A stretch of DNA of 64,000 bases from an uncultured Alphaproteobacteria bacterium (GCA_902537615.1 CACBBU010000002.1:7059-71058), one strand, 5' to 3'; shown: positions 36,879 through 47,888, numbered from the stretch's first letter. Notes: a model not told the origin generated them from the letters alone. Numbers and translations: made by a program.

Positions 36879-38122
36879 TGGTAACTTTTTTTGAAATATG
36901 GGTATCCTTTAAATATCTACTTCCTAAAACAAAAGAAAAATTTTTCTCAATAATTACTATATTTTCTTTTGTGGGGATTTCTTTGGGTGTTGCAACGTTA
37001 ATTATTGTAATGTCAGTTATGAATGGCTTTAGAGATGAGTTAACAAATAAGATTCTAGGTGTGAATGGACACTTAAAACTACAACATTTTAACAATCTTA
37101 AAATTAATAACGAAGATTCATTAAATGAATCTTTAAATAAAAAAATTTCTGGTATTTATGTTAACAAAGTTATCGTTAGTCAGGCTTTATTCTCTAAAAA
37201 TTCATTTTCAACAGGCGTTTTTTTAAAGGGAGTTGAAGGTAAATATTTTTCAGAAAGAAGAATTTTCTCAAACATTAAATCTTCATCAATTAACGCTTTT
37301 AAAAATAATGAAGGAATACTAGTTGGTGAAAAATTAAAAAAAAAATTAAATCTTAAAATTGGTGAATTTATCACTATTTTATCATCAAATAATATTCAAA
37401 CAGTTTTTGGAAATATGCCAAGGTCAGCAAGTTTTAAAATTGTTGGCTTCTTTAATACTGGAATGTACGAGTATGATTCTGCTTTAATTTTTTTTCCTAT
37501 AGAAGTAATTCAAAGTTTTTTAAATATGGAAAATTATTTTGATTTTTACGAAATTCAATTAGAAAACTTTGATAAGTTAGATGAAAAACAAATCTTATTA
37601 AAAGCAAATATTCCAAACTTTTTAAAGATTTCTGATTGGCGGCAATTAAACCCATCATTATTTAACGCCCTTGAAGTGGAGAAAAATGTAATGTTCTTAA
37701 TTCTTTTGCTAATAATTATTGTGGCTGCTTTTAATCTTATTTCTTCAATGATTATTTTAGTGTCAATGAAAAGACGAGATATTGGTGTTCTGAGAATACT
37801 CGGTGTAAAAAAAAACCAGATTTTAAAAATTTTTGTAATAAATGGTTCAATAATTGGAATTTTAGGTACTATTCTCGGATGTTTTCTTGGTTTGATCTTC
37901 TGTATAAATATTAATCAAATTAAAAGTTTTATTGAATTATTTTTAGAATCTAATTTGTTTTCTGAAGAAATTTATTTTTTCTCACAGTTGCCGGTAATAA
38001 TTAACTATTCTCAAATTTTTCAAATCGCGTTAATTTCTATTTTTCTTTCTTTTTTGTCTACTATTTATCCATCAATTAGAGCATCCAAGGTTGATCCAAT
38101 AAATCTTATTAAGTGGGATTGA
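36878..38122 (+). CDS. lolC: lipoprotein-releasing ABC transporter permease LolC/E
   Basis: MacB/FtsX-type permease. N-terminus FEIWVSFKYLLPK, a periplasmic domain, and a C-terminal FtsX domain ending ASKVDPINLIKWD. Confidence 0.88.
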   Translation: MVTFFEIWVSFKYLLPKTKEKFFSIITIFSFVGISLGVATLIIVMSVMNGFRDELTNKILGVNGHLKLQHFNNLKINNEDSLNESLNKKISGIYVNKVIVSQALFSKNSFSTGVFLKGVEGKYFSERRIFSNIKSSSINAFKNNEGILVGEKLKKKLNLKIGEFITILSSNNIQTVFGNMPRSASFKIVGFFNTGMYEYDSALIFFPIEVIQSFLNMENYFDFYEIQLENFDKLDEKQILLKANIPNFLKISDWRQLNPSLFNALEVEKNVMFLILLLIIIVAAFNLISSMIILVSMKRRDIGVLRILGVKKNQILKIFVINGSIIGILGTILGCFLGLIFCININQIKSFIELFLESNLFSEEIYFFSQLPVIINYSQIFQIALISIFLSFLSTIYPSIRASKVDPINLIKWD

Positions 38123-38123
38123 T

Positions 38124-38792
38124 TTGTTAACTTTAAAAAATATAAGCCAGAATTATTTGCAAGGTGATTCAACTATTAGGGTCCTATCTAAACTTAACTT
38201 TTCTGTAAATAGTGTAAAAAATATAGGTATTATTGGTCCTTCCGGATCAGGAAAATCAACATTTCTCAATATTCTTGGAATGATAGAAACACCAACATTT
38301 GGAGAATATATTCTACATGGTAATAATTGTTTTAATTTATCTCAAAATCTCAAAACCGAAATGAGAAGGAAGTTTATTGGATACATATTTCAAAACAATC
38401 AGTTGTTAGAGGATTTTAACGTACTTGAAAATATTGCTTTTCCACTCATTTTAAACGGTGAATCATTTGGTCAGGCAAAAAAAAAATCTTTAACCCTTTT
38501 AGAAAAATTAGGTTTAAAAAACAAAAAATTTATTAAGCCTGGTTTACTATCAGGTGGAGAGCAACAAAGGATTGCTATTGCAAGAGCATTAATAAAAAAA
38601 CCATTTCTTTTACTTGCTGATGAACCCACAGGTAGTTTAGACAAAAATAATTCCTTATTAGTAATGGATCTAATACTTAATATGGCAAAAAAAAATAAAA
38701 CAACATCTATTATTGCTACACATAATTTAGATATAATTAAAAGATTAGATATTTGCTATAAAATTGAGAAAGGTAAATTAATTGAAATCTAA
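38124..38792 (+). CDS. lolD: lipoprotein-releasing system ATP-binding protein LolD
   Basis: Walker A GPSGSGKST, signature LSGGEQQRIAIARAL and Walker B LLLADEPTG. TTG start. Confidence 0.9.
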   Translation: MLTLKNISQNYLQGDSTIRVLSKLNFSVNSVKNIGIIGPSGSGKSTFLNILGMIETPTFGEYILHGNNCFNLSQNLKTEMRRKFIGYIFQNNQLLEDFNVLENIAFPLILNGESFGQAKKKSLTLLEKLGLKNKKFIKPGLLSGGEQQRIAIARALIKKPFLLLADEPTGSLDKNNSLLVMDLILNMAKKNKTTSIIATHNLDIIKRLDICYKIEKGKLIEI

Positions 38793-41700
38793 TAAAAAAT
38801 TTATTCATCTCAGAAATTATACGCAATATTCTTTGTCAAAGGGGGCGATTAAAATCAATGAGTTAATTTCATTATGCGTTGAAAATAAAATACCTGCCGT
38901 CTCAATAACTGATTTCAATAATTTATTTGGTTGCATGGAGTTTTCTATTGAATGCGTTAAAAAAGGTATAAAACCAATTATAGGTTCAAATATTTTTCTT
39001 AGGGATGAAAATATTGCTCCTGGCTTCGTTCTTTTACTTTGTAAAAATGAAAGAGGATTTCAAAACCTGTCTAAATTAATTTCAGTTTCAAGTCTTAAAA
39101 ATTCTGTTAATTCAGATGTATTTGTAACAGTTAATAATTTAAAAAAATTTAAAGAAGGTTTAATTTGTCTTGCAGGCGGTCAATTTGGGATTTTAAGTGA
39201 AAATTTTAAACAAAATAATATTAAAGTTACAGATAAACTTATAAATCTTTTCCAGGAGATTTATAAAAATGATTTTTTTCTTGAAATTCAAAGATTAAGC
39301 AAAAAACACGTAAATTTTAATAATTTTTTAATTTCTAAATCTTTAAGTAATAATATTCCTCTAGTTGCCACAAATGAGAATTTTTTTTTAGAAAAGAAAT
39401 TTTACAACTCCCATGATGCTTTATTAAGTATCTCTGAGCAAAAATATATTGAGTCTGAAGATAGATTAAAAAGTAATCCAGAATACTATTTTAAGAGAGA
39501 ATCGCATATGCTTGAAATTTTTTCTGATATTCCATCAGCATGTTGGAATACCGAATTGATTGCTAAGAAATGTAATTTTTACCTTGATGAAAAACCAACT
39601 ATTCTACCAAAAGTTTATTCATCAAAAGTTGAGGAGGACAATATTTTAAAAAAACAATCTAAAGAAGGTCTTTTCAAAAGACTTTCAAAAGAAAATTATA
39701 GTGAAAATAAAATTTCTAATTATAAAAAAAGATTGGATTATGAACTTGAAATTATTACAAGGATGGGATATTCAGGCTATTTCCTCATAGTTTCAGATTT
39801 TATTAACTGGGCAAAACATAACTCTATTCCAGTTGGACCAGGTAGAGGTTCCGGAGCTGGTTCTCTAGTTGCTTGGTCAATATTCATTACTGATCTTGAT
39901 CCTATAAAATTTGGATTATTGTTTGAAAGATTTTTAAATCCTGAAAGAGTTTCACTTCCAGATTTTGATATTGATTTTTGTATGGAAAAAAGAGACGAGG
40001 TTATTGCGTATGTAAGAAAAAAATATGGTGAACTCAACGTCGCTCAGATAATTACTTTTGGTTCATTTCAGGCACGAGCAGCTATAAGAGATGTAGGTAG
40101 AGTTATGCAATTACCCTTAAATCTAGTAGATGATATATGTAAAATGATACCTTACAATCCTGCGCAACCAGTTGGCTTAAGTGAAACTTTAGAGGAAAAC
40201 AAAATTAAGAAATTAATAAAAAATGATTCCAATATCAAAAAATTATTTAAAATTTCAATTGATTTAGAGGGATTATATCGTCATGTTTCGACTCATGCAG
40301 CAGGAATTGTTATTTCAGATAACTCTCTTTTAAATTTACTTCCTCTTTATAAGGACCCAAAGTCAGATATTCCTGTCACTCAATTTTCTATGAAATATGT
40401 AGAAAAAATGGGATTAATAAAATTTGATTTTCTTGGATTAAAAACACTAACGGTAATAGATAAAGCATGTAAATATTTAAAAGAAATTGGTAAAAAGTTG
40501 GATGTAAATGAACTTCCATTAAATGATTTCAAGACTTTTGACCTTCTAAAAAAAGGTGATACTACTGGAGTATTTCAACTTGAAGGTCAGGGGATGAAAG
40601 AAACCTTAAAAAAAGTTCTTCCTGATAGATTTGAAGATATTATTGCTGTTGTTTCGCTATACAGGCCAGGGCCAATGGATAATATTCCAACATATATTAA
40701 TAGAAAACAAGGAAAGGAAACATATGATTATTTACACCCATCATTAAAAGAAATTTTAAATGAAACTCATGGGATCATGGTTTACCAGGAGCAGGTTATG
40801 TTAATTGCCCAAAAGTTAGCTGGATTTAGTTTAGCAAAAGCTGATTTACTAAGAAGAGCAATGGGAAAAAAGATTAGATCAGAAATGCTTGCACAGAAAT
40901 CAAATTTTGTTAACGGATGTTTGAAAAATAATATTTCACAAAGCAAAGCTGAAAACCTGTATAAAGAGATAGAAAAATTTGCTGGTTATGGCTTTAATAA
41001 AAGTCACGCAGCAGCATACGCAAAAATTGCATATCAAACTGCATTTTTAAAAGCTAATTTTCCGCTTGAGTTTTTTTGTTCCCTTATGAATTATGATATA
41101 GGTAACTTTGAAAAGATTTCAAACTACTGCTATGAAATAAAAAAGTTAAATTTTCAATTGTTTACACCAGATATCAATAAGTCTGATGTATTTTTTAAGG
41201 TGGTCTATAATAAAAACAAGAAAGCAATTGGAATTAGTTATGGTTTAAGTGCTATAAAAAATATTGGTGAAAATTCTGTACTAGAGTTATTAGAAGAAAG
41301 AAAAAAGAATGGAAAATTTGATTCTTTAATAAACTTATTAAAAAGAGTAAACAATAAAACATTAAATAAAAAAGTATTGGAGGGTTTGATTTTTTCAGGA
41401 TCATTGAACTCCATAGAAAAAAATCAGAATTTTTTACTAAAAAATATTGATAAAATAATTAATTTTAATTCTAGTTATCATAAAAATGTTTCAAAAGATC
41501 AAGGTAATTTATTTTCCGATTTCATAGATCAAGAACAATTTAATTCATCTAAATACCAAAACTGTAAACTTGAGGAAAAACTCAATATGGAGTTTGAATC
41601 GTTTGGATTTTATTTATCAGATCATCCCTCTAAATTCTATAAAACTTTACATGATGATAAAGCTGTGACAAGTATTAAAAATATTAGTAATATTGTTTTT

Positions 41701-42198
41701 GACTCTAATCTATCTAATCAATCTTTTAATGTAATTTGTCTTATTTCTGAAATAAACGAACGTACATCAAAAACGGGTAAAAAATATTGTTTCCTAAATC
41801 TATCTGATGAAACTGGGAGTATTGACGCAATATGCTTTTCTGAAACTTTAGAATCATCACAAAATTTTTTAAAAATTGGAAAAGTTATTTTTGTAAAGCT
41901 TAATTTTCAAAACTTTAAAGATTCTAGTAGACCTATAATTTCTTCTATAAATCCATTAGATGATTCTGAAAGGAAATTAAAATATTTGATTTCGTTAGAT
42001 AAAGATAAATTAAATCATAAGCAGTTGAAATTTTTACTAAATAAAAACAATAATGGTAATTGTGAATTTCTTTTCAAAATCTCTTATTCTGACCACATTA
42101 TTAGAATTAAAAGTAACAACAAATTTAATGTTAACATGGACCTTTTAATTGCTTTAAAAAATACAGAAGGTGTTATAGATATAAAAGAAATTAATTAA
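38782..42198 (+). CDS. dnaE: DNA polymerase III subunit alpha
   Basis: PHP domain FIHLRNYTQYSL, GPGRGSGAGSLVAWSIFITDLDP, PDFDIDF, and a C-terminal OB fold. 1138 aa. TTG start overlaps lolD by 11 nt. Confidence 0.96.
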   Translation: MKSNKKFIHLRNYTQYSLSKGAIKINELISLCVENKIPAVSITDFNNLFGCMEFSIECVKKGIKPIIGSNIFLRDENIAPGFVLLLCKNERGFQNLSKLISVSSLKNSVNSDVFVTVNNLKKFKEGLICLAGGQFGILSENFKQNNIKVTDKLINLFQEIYKNDFFLEIQRLSKKHVNFNNFLISKSLSNNIPLVATNENFFLEKKFYNSHDALLSISEQKYIESEDRLKSNPEYYFKRESHMLEIFSDIPSACWNTELIAKKCNFYLDEKPTILPKVYSSKVEEDNILKKQSKEGLFKRLSKENYSENKISNYKKRLDYELEIITRMGYSGYFLIVSDFINWAKHNSIPVGPGRGSGAGSLVAWSIFITDLDPIKFGLLFERFLNPERVSLPDFDIDFCMEKRDEVIAYVRKKYGELNVAQIITFGSFQARAAIRDVGRVMQLPLNLVDDICKMIPYNPAQPVGLSETLEENKIKKLIKNDSNIKKLFKISIDLEGLYRHVSTHAAGIVISDNSLLNLLPLYKDPKSDIPVTQFSMKYVEKMGLIKFDFLGLKTLTVIDKACKYLKEIGKKLDVNELPLNDFKTFDLLKKGDTTGVFQLEGQGMKETLKKVLPDRFEDIIAVVSLYRPGPMDNIPTYINRKQGKETYDYLHPSLKEILNETHGIMVYQEQVMLIAQKLAGFSLAKADLLRRAMGKKIRSEMLAQKSNFVNGCLKNNISQSKAENLYKEIEKFAGYGFNKSHAAAYAKIAYQTAFLKANFPLEFFCSLMNYDIGNFEKISNYCYEIKKLNFQLFTPDINKSDVFFKVVYNKNKKAIGISYGLSAIKNIGENSVLELLEERKKNGKFDSLINLLKRVNNKTLNKKVLEGLIFSGSLNSIEKNQNFLLKNIDKIINFNSSYHKNVSKDQGNLFSDFIDQEQFNSSKYQNCKLEEKLNMEFESFGFYLSDHPSKFYKTLHDDKAVTSIKNISNIVFDSNLSNQSFNVICLISEINERTSKTGKKYCFLNLSDETGSIDAICFSETLESSQNFLKIGKVIFVKLNFQNFKDSSRPIISSINPLDDSERKLKYLISLDKDKLNHKQLKFLLNKNNNGNCEFLFKISYSDHIIRIKSNNKFNVNMDLLIALKNTEGVIDIKEIN

Positions 42199-42300
42199 AA
42201 AAAGTATTGATTTATATTTTTAAGTGTGTAGTTTTTAAACAATTTCAAACACGTGACATCTCTGGTGTTATTTGTTGCGTGAACGTTTAACCGGAGAATT

Positions 42301-43011
42301 ATGCAAAATATATCAATTAAAGATTTATTAGATGCTGGTGTTCACTTTGGCCATAAAACTAATAGGTGGAACCCAAAAATGTCTGAATTTTTATATGGAC
42401 ATCGAAACGGTATTCACATCATTGATCTCCAGAAAACTGTTGTACTATTCAATGAAGCATTAAACATTCTCAAAGATTTTTCCTCACAAGGTAAAAATGT
42501 ACTATTTGTCGGAACTAAAAGACAAGCTTCAGATTTAATAGAAAAATATGCTAATTCCTGCAACCAATTTTTTATCAATAAAAGATGGCTAGGCGGAATT
42601 CTTACAAACTGGAATACGATTCAAAACTCAATTAAAAGATTGAAGAAAATTGAAGATATTTTAGAAAATCATTCTCAGTCCTATACAAAAAAAGAGCTTC
42701 TTAAATTTCAAAATACAGCTGAGAAACTTAATAAGTCCATTGGTGGAATTAAAGATTTGAATTCAAAACCAGACTTATTATTTATAATTGACACAAATAA
42801 AGAGTTTCTTGCAGTGAAGGAAGCCAATAAATCCGATATTCCTATTGTAGCAATAGTTGATTCTAACTCAAACCCAGAAGGTATTGATTACCCTATCCCA
42901 GGAAATGATGACGCTATAAGATCCATTGAGTTTTATTGTAATGCAGTTGCTGAAACAATTAATAAAAATAAGACTAGTAATCAAAACAATAAACCTGAAA
43001 GTAAAACTTAA
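42301..43011 (+). CDS. rpsB: 30S ribosomal protein S2
   Basis: LLDAGVHFGHKTNRWNPKM and IIDLQKT motifs. SD GGAG upstream. Confidence 0.97.
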   Translation: MQNISIKDLLDAGVHFGHKTNRWNPKMSEFLYGHRNGIHIIDLQKTVVLFNEALNILKDFSSQGKNVLFVGTKRQASDLIEKYANSCNQFFINKRWLGGILTNWNTIQNSIKRLKKIEDILENHSQSYTKKELLKFQNTAEKLNKSIGGIKDLNSKPDLLFIIDTNKEFLAVKEANKSDIPIVAIVDSNSNPEGIDYPIPGNDDAIRSIEFYCNAVAETINKNKTSNQNNKPESKT

Positions 43012-43012
43012 G

Positions 43013-43879
43013 ATGTCATTCACATCAGAAGATATCAAAAAATTAAGAAATAAGACTGGGGCCGGAATGATGGACTGTAAAAAAGCTTTAGATGAAACTA
43101 ATGACATTGAGAAAGCAATTGATTGGTTGAGAAAGAAAGGCATTAATACTGCTCAAAAAAAATCAGAAAGATCTGCTACTGATGGCTTAATTACTGTAAA
43201 GATTGAAGATAGCACTGGTGTAATATTAGAAATTAACTCTGAGACAGATTTTGTTGCCAAAAATGAAAATTTTCAAGAATTTTGTGAAATTACTTCAAAA
43301 CTTTGTGCTAAAAATAAAATTCAAAACCTTGATGACCTACTTGAAGCTACTTTTGAAGATTCGGATAGTAAAGTTAAAGATGAACTGACTAATTTAATAT
43401 CTAAACTTGGAGAGAATATAGTAATTAAGAAATTAAAACTAGTGAGTGACCCAAACCTGAAGTTACAAAAGTATTTGCACAATTCTGTTTCAGAAAACTC
43501 AGGTAAACTTGGAGTTTTATTATCTTTTAGCGTGAAGGAAAACAACAGTAGTGTAAGTGAATTATCTAAGCAAATATGTATGCATATTGCTGCAACCGAA
43601 CCAAAGTCAATAGATATTGATTCTTTGGACAACTCTATTGTTTCAAAGGAAAAAGATATCTACAAAGACCAACTTAAATCTTCAGGGAAGCCAGATAACA
43701 TTATTGAAAAAATTATAGAAGGAAAGATTAAAAAGTTTTATGAAGATGTCTGTCTGTTGGAACAGCCTTTTGTTATTGATAACAAAGTTAAGGTTAAAGA
43801 GGTCATATCTGAATTTAACAAAAATAATAATTTAGACTTAACTATCAAGAATTACTTTATTTTTAAATTAGGTCTATAA
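43013..43879 (+). CDS. tsf: elongation factor Ts
   Basis: MSFTSEDIKKLRNKTGAGMMDCKKAL (UBA-like N-terminus). The start is set at ATG 43013, 1 nt after the rpsB stop; the track start at 42926 lies inside rpsB. Confidence 0.95.
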   Translation: MSFTSEDIKKLRNKTGAGMMDCKKALDETNDIEKAIDWLRKKGINTAQKKSERSATDGLITVKIEDSTGVILEINSETDFVAKNENFQEFCEITSKLCAKNKIQNLDDLLEATFEDSDSKVKDELTNLISKLGENIVIKKLKLVSDPNLKLQKYLHNSVSENSGKLGVLLSFSVKENNSSVSELSKQICMHIAATEPKSIDIDSLDNSIVSKEKDIYKDQLKSSGKPDNIIEKIIEGKIKKFYEDVCLLEQPFVIDNKVKVKEVISEFNKNNNLDLTIKNYFIFKLGL

Positions 43880-43894
43880 GAAAACTATTTCATT

Positions 43895-44611
43895 TTGATA
43901 AGTCTAAAAAAAAAGCATATTTTACTGAAATTATCAGGAGAATCATTAATGGGAAATAATGATTTTGGAATAGATCTTGATACAATAAACTCTATAACTG
44001 AACAAATAGCAAAAATTCATAATGGTGGTACTAAGTTTTCTATTGTTGTAGGAGGAGGAAATATTTTTAGAGGTATTTCAGCTTCCTCCTTTGGGATGGA
44101 CAGGTCCTCTGCAGATTATACAGGGATGATGGCAACAGTAATTAATTCGTTGGTTTTACAAAACTCCTTAGAACAAAAAGGAGTAACTACAAGAGTTTTA
44201 TCAGCTTTAAAAATGGATACAGTATGCGAACCTTATATAAGAAGGCGAGCAATTAGGCATATACAAAAAAATAGAATTGTTATTTTCGCTGCTGGTACAG
44301 GAAATCCTTTTTTTACTACCGATACAGCAGCTACATTGAGGGCTTCGGAAATGAAGTGTGACTTTTTACTTAAAGCTACAAAAGTAGACGGAATTTATGA
44401 TTCTGACCCATTCAAAAATTCAAAAGCTAAAAAATTTAGTGACCTAAGCTATGACGAAGTAATTAATAAAAATTTAAAAGTAATGGATATAACAGCTATA
44501 ACACTAGCTAAAGAAAATAAAATTCCAATTGTAATTTTTTCAATATTGCAAAAGGATTCCTTAATTGAGATAATAGATGGTAAAGGTTCTTTTTCAACTA
44601 TTAAGGGTTAG
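43895..44611 (+). CDS. pyrH: UMP kinase
   Basis: ILLKLSGESL, VVGGGNIFRG and GTGNPFFTTDTAA motifs. TTG start. Confidence 0.95.
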   Translation: MISLKKKHILLKLSGESLMGNNDFGIDLDTINSITEQIAKIHNGGTKFSIVVGGGNIFRGISASSFGMDRSSADYTGMMATVINSLVLQNSLEQKGVTTRVLSALKMDTVCEPYIRRRAIRHIQKNRIVIFAAGTGNPFFTTDTAATLRASEMKCDFLLKATKVDGIYDSDPFKNSKAKKFSDLSYDEVINKNLKVMDITAITLAKENKIPIVIFSILQKDSLIEIIDGKGSFSTIKG

Positions 44612-44615
44612 ATTT

Positions 44616-45167
44616 ATGTTTGATTTGAAGATTTATGAAGAAAAAATGGAAAAAGCTATTGATGTTTTAAAAAGAGAATTATCAGGATTAAGAACAGGAA
44701 GAGCTTCAACGTCACTTTTAGATCCGATATCAGTTGAGGCTTATGGCTCAAAAGTACCATTAAACCAAGTTTCAAATATAAGTGTTCCTGAATCTAGATT
44801 ATTAACAGTTCAAGTTTGGGACGATTCACTTGTTAACACTGTAGAAAATTCAATAAGAAATTCTAACCTTGGTCTTAATCCAATGATTGAGGGGAGCTTA
44901 ATAAGAATTCCCATCCCTGAACTATCTGAAGAAAGAAGGATAGAAATAGTTAAAATTGCTTCTAAATACTCAGAGGATTCAAAAGTTTCAATAAGAAATA
45001 TTCGTAGAGATGCAATGGAAAAAATAAAAAGCCTTGAAAAAAATAAAGAAATTTCACAAGATGAATTATTCAAATTTTCTGAAGAAGTTCAAAGTATGAC
45101 TAACAATTTGGTAGAAAGAATAGAGACTTTATTTACTGATAAGGAAAAAGACATATTAAGAGTATAA
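44616..45167 (+). CDS. frr: ribosome recycling factor
   Basis: MEKAIDVLKRELSGLRTGRAS and IRNIRRDA motifs. The start is set at ATG 44616; the track start at 44577 overlaps pyrH. Confidence 0.95.
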   Translation: MFDLKIYEEKMEKAIDVLKRELSGLRTGRASTSLLDPISVEAYGSKVPLNQVSNISVPESRLLTVQVWDDSLVNTVENSIRNSNLGLNPMIEGSLIRIPIPELSEERRIEIVKIASKYSEDSKVSIRNIRRDAMEKIKSLEKNKEISQDELFKFSEEVQSMTNNLVERIETLFTDKEKDILRV

Positions 45168-45177
45168 TCAATGATCA

Positions 45178-45885
45178 ATGACTCATGGAATTGATGCTCA
45201 AAATTTGTTTCCATCCCATGTCGCCTTTATAATGGATGGGAACAGAAGATGGGCAAAAAAAAATAATCTACCGATTATTGACGGTCATAAAAAGGGTGCC
45301 GAAATAATTAAGAAAATTGTACGTAAATCAATTAAACTTAATATAAAATATCTTACATTTTATGGATTTTCTACTGAAAATTGGAACAGAAGCCAGGACG
45401 AAGTCATTCAATTACAATCATTGTTAAAACTCTATTTAGATTCTGAAACTGATAATTTTATGAAAAATAAAATAAATTTTTCATTTATAGGTGATATTAA
45501 GAAGTTTGATCATTTAATAAGAGAAAAACTTTATAATTTAAAAAAAGCTACAAATAGTTTTAATAAACTTTTTTTTACTTTAGCTTTAGGCTATGGTTCA
45601 AGAGGTGAAATTTTGGGTGCAATTAATAAAATATTAAAAAAAGAAAAAAAATCTAGTATTTCCGAAAAAAATATTTCTGAAAACTTAATGACAAGTCACC
45701 TACCCGAGCCAGATTTAGTAATAAGAACATCTGGTGAAAAGAGGTTGTCAAATTTTTTATTATGGCAGATAGCTTATTCTGAATTATATTTTACCAAAAC
45801 ACAATGGCCTGATTTTGATGTTAACAGATATATGATTGCTTTAAAAAATTTTGTTAACAGAAAAAGAAGATATGGAGGTGATTAA
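45178..45885 (+). CDS. uppS: undecaprenyl (isoprenyl) diphosphate synthase
   Basis: HVAFIMDGNRRWA, FSTENWNR and RTSGEKRLSNFLLWQ motifs. Confidence 0.95.
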   Translation: MTHGIDAQNLFPSHVAFIMDGNRRWAKKNNLPIIDGHKKGAEIIKKIVRKSIKLNIKYLTFYGFSTENWNRSQDEVIQLQSLLKLYLDSETDNFMKNKINFSFIGDIKKFDHLIREKLYNLKKATNSFNKLFFTLALGYGSRGEILGAINKILKKEKKSSISEKNISENLMTSHLPEPDLVIRTSGEKRLSNFLLWQIAYSELYFTKTQWPDFDVNRYMIALKNFVNRKRRYGGD

Positions 45886-46721
45886 TGGTTAAAGATTTTC
45901 AATTAAGATTTTTTTCGTCAATTTTTCTTTTTTTTGCTCTTTTTCTTTTTTTTTCAAAAAATAATGTCATTTTTTTATTTATCATACAAGTTTTCCTCTC
46001 GTTTTCCCTTTGGGAGTTTTTTAGGTTAAAAAACTTTAAAGATTCTTTAAAAGAGCAGGAAAAAAAAAAAATAAATTTATTACTAAGTAGACATAAAATA
46101 AACAATTTAGATTTTTTTATTATATTTAAAGTAAATTTATTATTATTATTATTTTTTCAATTTTCACATTACATACTTATTTTCTGCATATTGATTTTTT
46201 TTTTCGTTTATATTTGTTTAATTTTAAAGTTTGATTTTGAAAAATACATTGGCTTAGTCTATTGTTCAGCACCTTTTTTTATATTAGTCATTCTAAGAAA
46301 TGATAATAATTATGAGAATTTTTTATTTTTTATTTTCTTTTTTACGATATTAACAGACGTTTTCTCATATTTGTCAGGTAATATTATAAAAGGTAAAAAA
46401 ATTCTTCCTTCCGTAAGCGCTGGAAAAACTTTTTCAGGTACAATTGGTGGAATTTTAATTCCGTGTATAATTTCTTTCTTCATATTTATTAACTCGGAGG
46501 ATATTTATTTAGTAATATTTTCTTCAATATTTTTTTCCATTATTGTTCAGTTAGGTGATCTTTTAATATCTTACTTTAAAAGATTATGTAATGTTAAAGA
46601 TAGTAGCAACCTGATACCTGGTCATGGAGGTGTATTAGATAGGCTTGATGGGCTATTTCTGTTAACTATGGTAATATTTATTTTAAAATTACTAAATTTT
46701 AAATTTTTTTTTATAATATAA
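45885..46721 (+). CDS. cdsA: phosphatidate cytidylyltransferase
   Basis: Polytopic membrane protein with the C-terminal signature SYFKRLCNVKDSSNLIPGHGGVLDRLD. Confidence 0.9.
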   Translation: MVKDFQLRFFSSIFLFFALFLFFSKNNVIFLFIIQVFLSFSLWEFFRLKNFKDSLKEQEKKKINLLLSRHKINNLDFFIIFKVNLLLLLFFQFSHYILIFCILIFFFVYICLILKFDFEKYIGLVYCSAPFFILVILRNDNNYENFLFFIFFFTILTDVFSYLSGNIIKGKKILPSVSAGKTFSGTIGGILIPCIISFFIFINSEDIYLVIFSSIFFSIIVQLGDLLISYFKRLCNVKDSSNLIPGHGGVLDRLDGLFLLTMVIFILKLLNFKFFFII

Positions 46722-46727
46722 AATTAG

Positions 46728-47888
46728 ATGAAAAAAAAAATCACAATATTTGGTTCAACAGGTTCAATTGGTGATTCAACTTTAGATCTTGTAAAGAGCC
46801 ACCCCGAAAAATACGAAATAGTTGGTTTAACTATTAACAATAATTATAAAAAATTAATCAACCAAGTAGAAAATTTTAACCCAAAAATAGTATCTATAAA
46901 TGATACTGACTCCTATAAAAAATTTAAGGAGATTAACCAAAATCAATCGTTAAAGGTTGTTAATGGTAAAGATTGTTATGATGAAATACTTGATTATAAG
47001 ACAGACATGGTTGTAGCTGCTATAACTGGTTCAACAGGACTTATGCCAGTTGTTAAGGCTGCAAAAAAGGGCATTCCTATTGCATTAGCTAATAAAGAAA
47101 GTTTGGTTTGCTCTGGCTCGTTGATTACATCAATTGCTAGACAGAATGGTTCTATTATTCTTCCTGTTGATTCAGAACATAATGCAATCTTTCAAGTATT
47201 AGATTCAAAAAATAGATCAAAGGTTTCAAAGTTAATTTTAACAGCATCAGGTGGTCCTTTTCTGAGTAAAGAAACCAAAAATCTTGCTGATATAACCCCG
47301 GAGGAGGCCGTTAAACATCCTAATTGGTCAATGGGAAAAAAAATTTCAGTTGATTCTGCGACAATGATGAATAAAGGCCTTGAATTGATAGAGGCACATT
47401 ATTTGTTTGAAATGCCTCATGAAAAAATTGACGTAATAATTCACCCAGAATCTATCATTCATTCCTGTGTTGAGTATGCAGATGGCTCAATTTTATCTCA
47501 AATGGGTACACCAGACATGCGAATACCAATTTCATATGTTCTTGCATATCCAGATAGAATTTCTAATTCTGTAAAAAAACTTGAATTAGGAAAAGTAAAA
47601 AAACTAACTTTCCTTGAACCCGATCTTGAGAAATTTCCATGTTTAGAACTAGCTTATGAGGCTTTAAAAATAAAAAAAAGTGCTCCAGCAATTCTTAATG
47701 CTGCTAATGAGATAGCTGTTGATGCATTTTTATGTAATAAAATTAAGTATTTATCAATACCAAAATTAGTAGAAAAAACTTTAAATAAAGCTTCAATTTC
47801 TAATGTCAATAGTATAAAAGATGTAGTAGAAATAGATAATAGTGCAAGACAAATAGCAATGAGTATGGTTATTTCTGGAAAGTATTAG
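46728..47888 (+). CDS. dxr: 1-deoxy-D-xylulose 5-phosphate reductoisomerase
   Basis: ITIFGSTGSIG, LANKESLV, PVDSEH and HPNWSMGKKISVDSATMMNKGLE motifs. Confidence 0.96.
   Translation: MKKKITIFGSTGSIGDSTLDLVKSHPEKYEIVGLTINNNYKKLINQVENFNPKIVSINDTDSYKKFKEINQNQSLKVVNGKDCYDEILDYKTDMVVAAITGSTGLMPVVKAAKKGIPIALANKESLVCSGSLITSIARQNGSIILPVDSEHNAIFQVLDSKNRSKVSKLILTASGGPFLSKETKNLADITPEEAVKHPNWSMGKKISVDSATMMNKGLELIEAHYLFEMPHEKIDVIIHPESIIHSCVEYADGSILSQMGTPDMRIPISYVLAYPDRISNSVKKLELGKVKKLTFLEPDLEKFPCLELAYEALKIKKSAPAILNAANEIAVDAFLCNKIKYLSIPKLVEKTLNKASISNVNSIKDVVEIDNSARQIAMSMVISGKY

Noticed and set aside
42926-43012. N-terminal extensions in the ORF track for tsf (42926), frr (44577), nuoI (25577), moeA (60638) and possibly nuoD (19545) and nuoB (18414)
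   Set aside because: The extensions overlap the preceding gene and add residues absent from the conserved N-termini. Internal ATGs right after the upstream stop give canonical protein starts.
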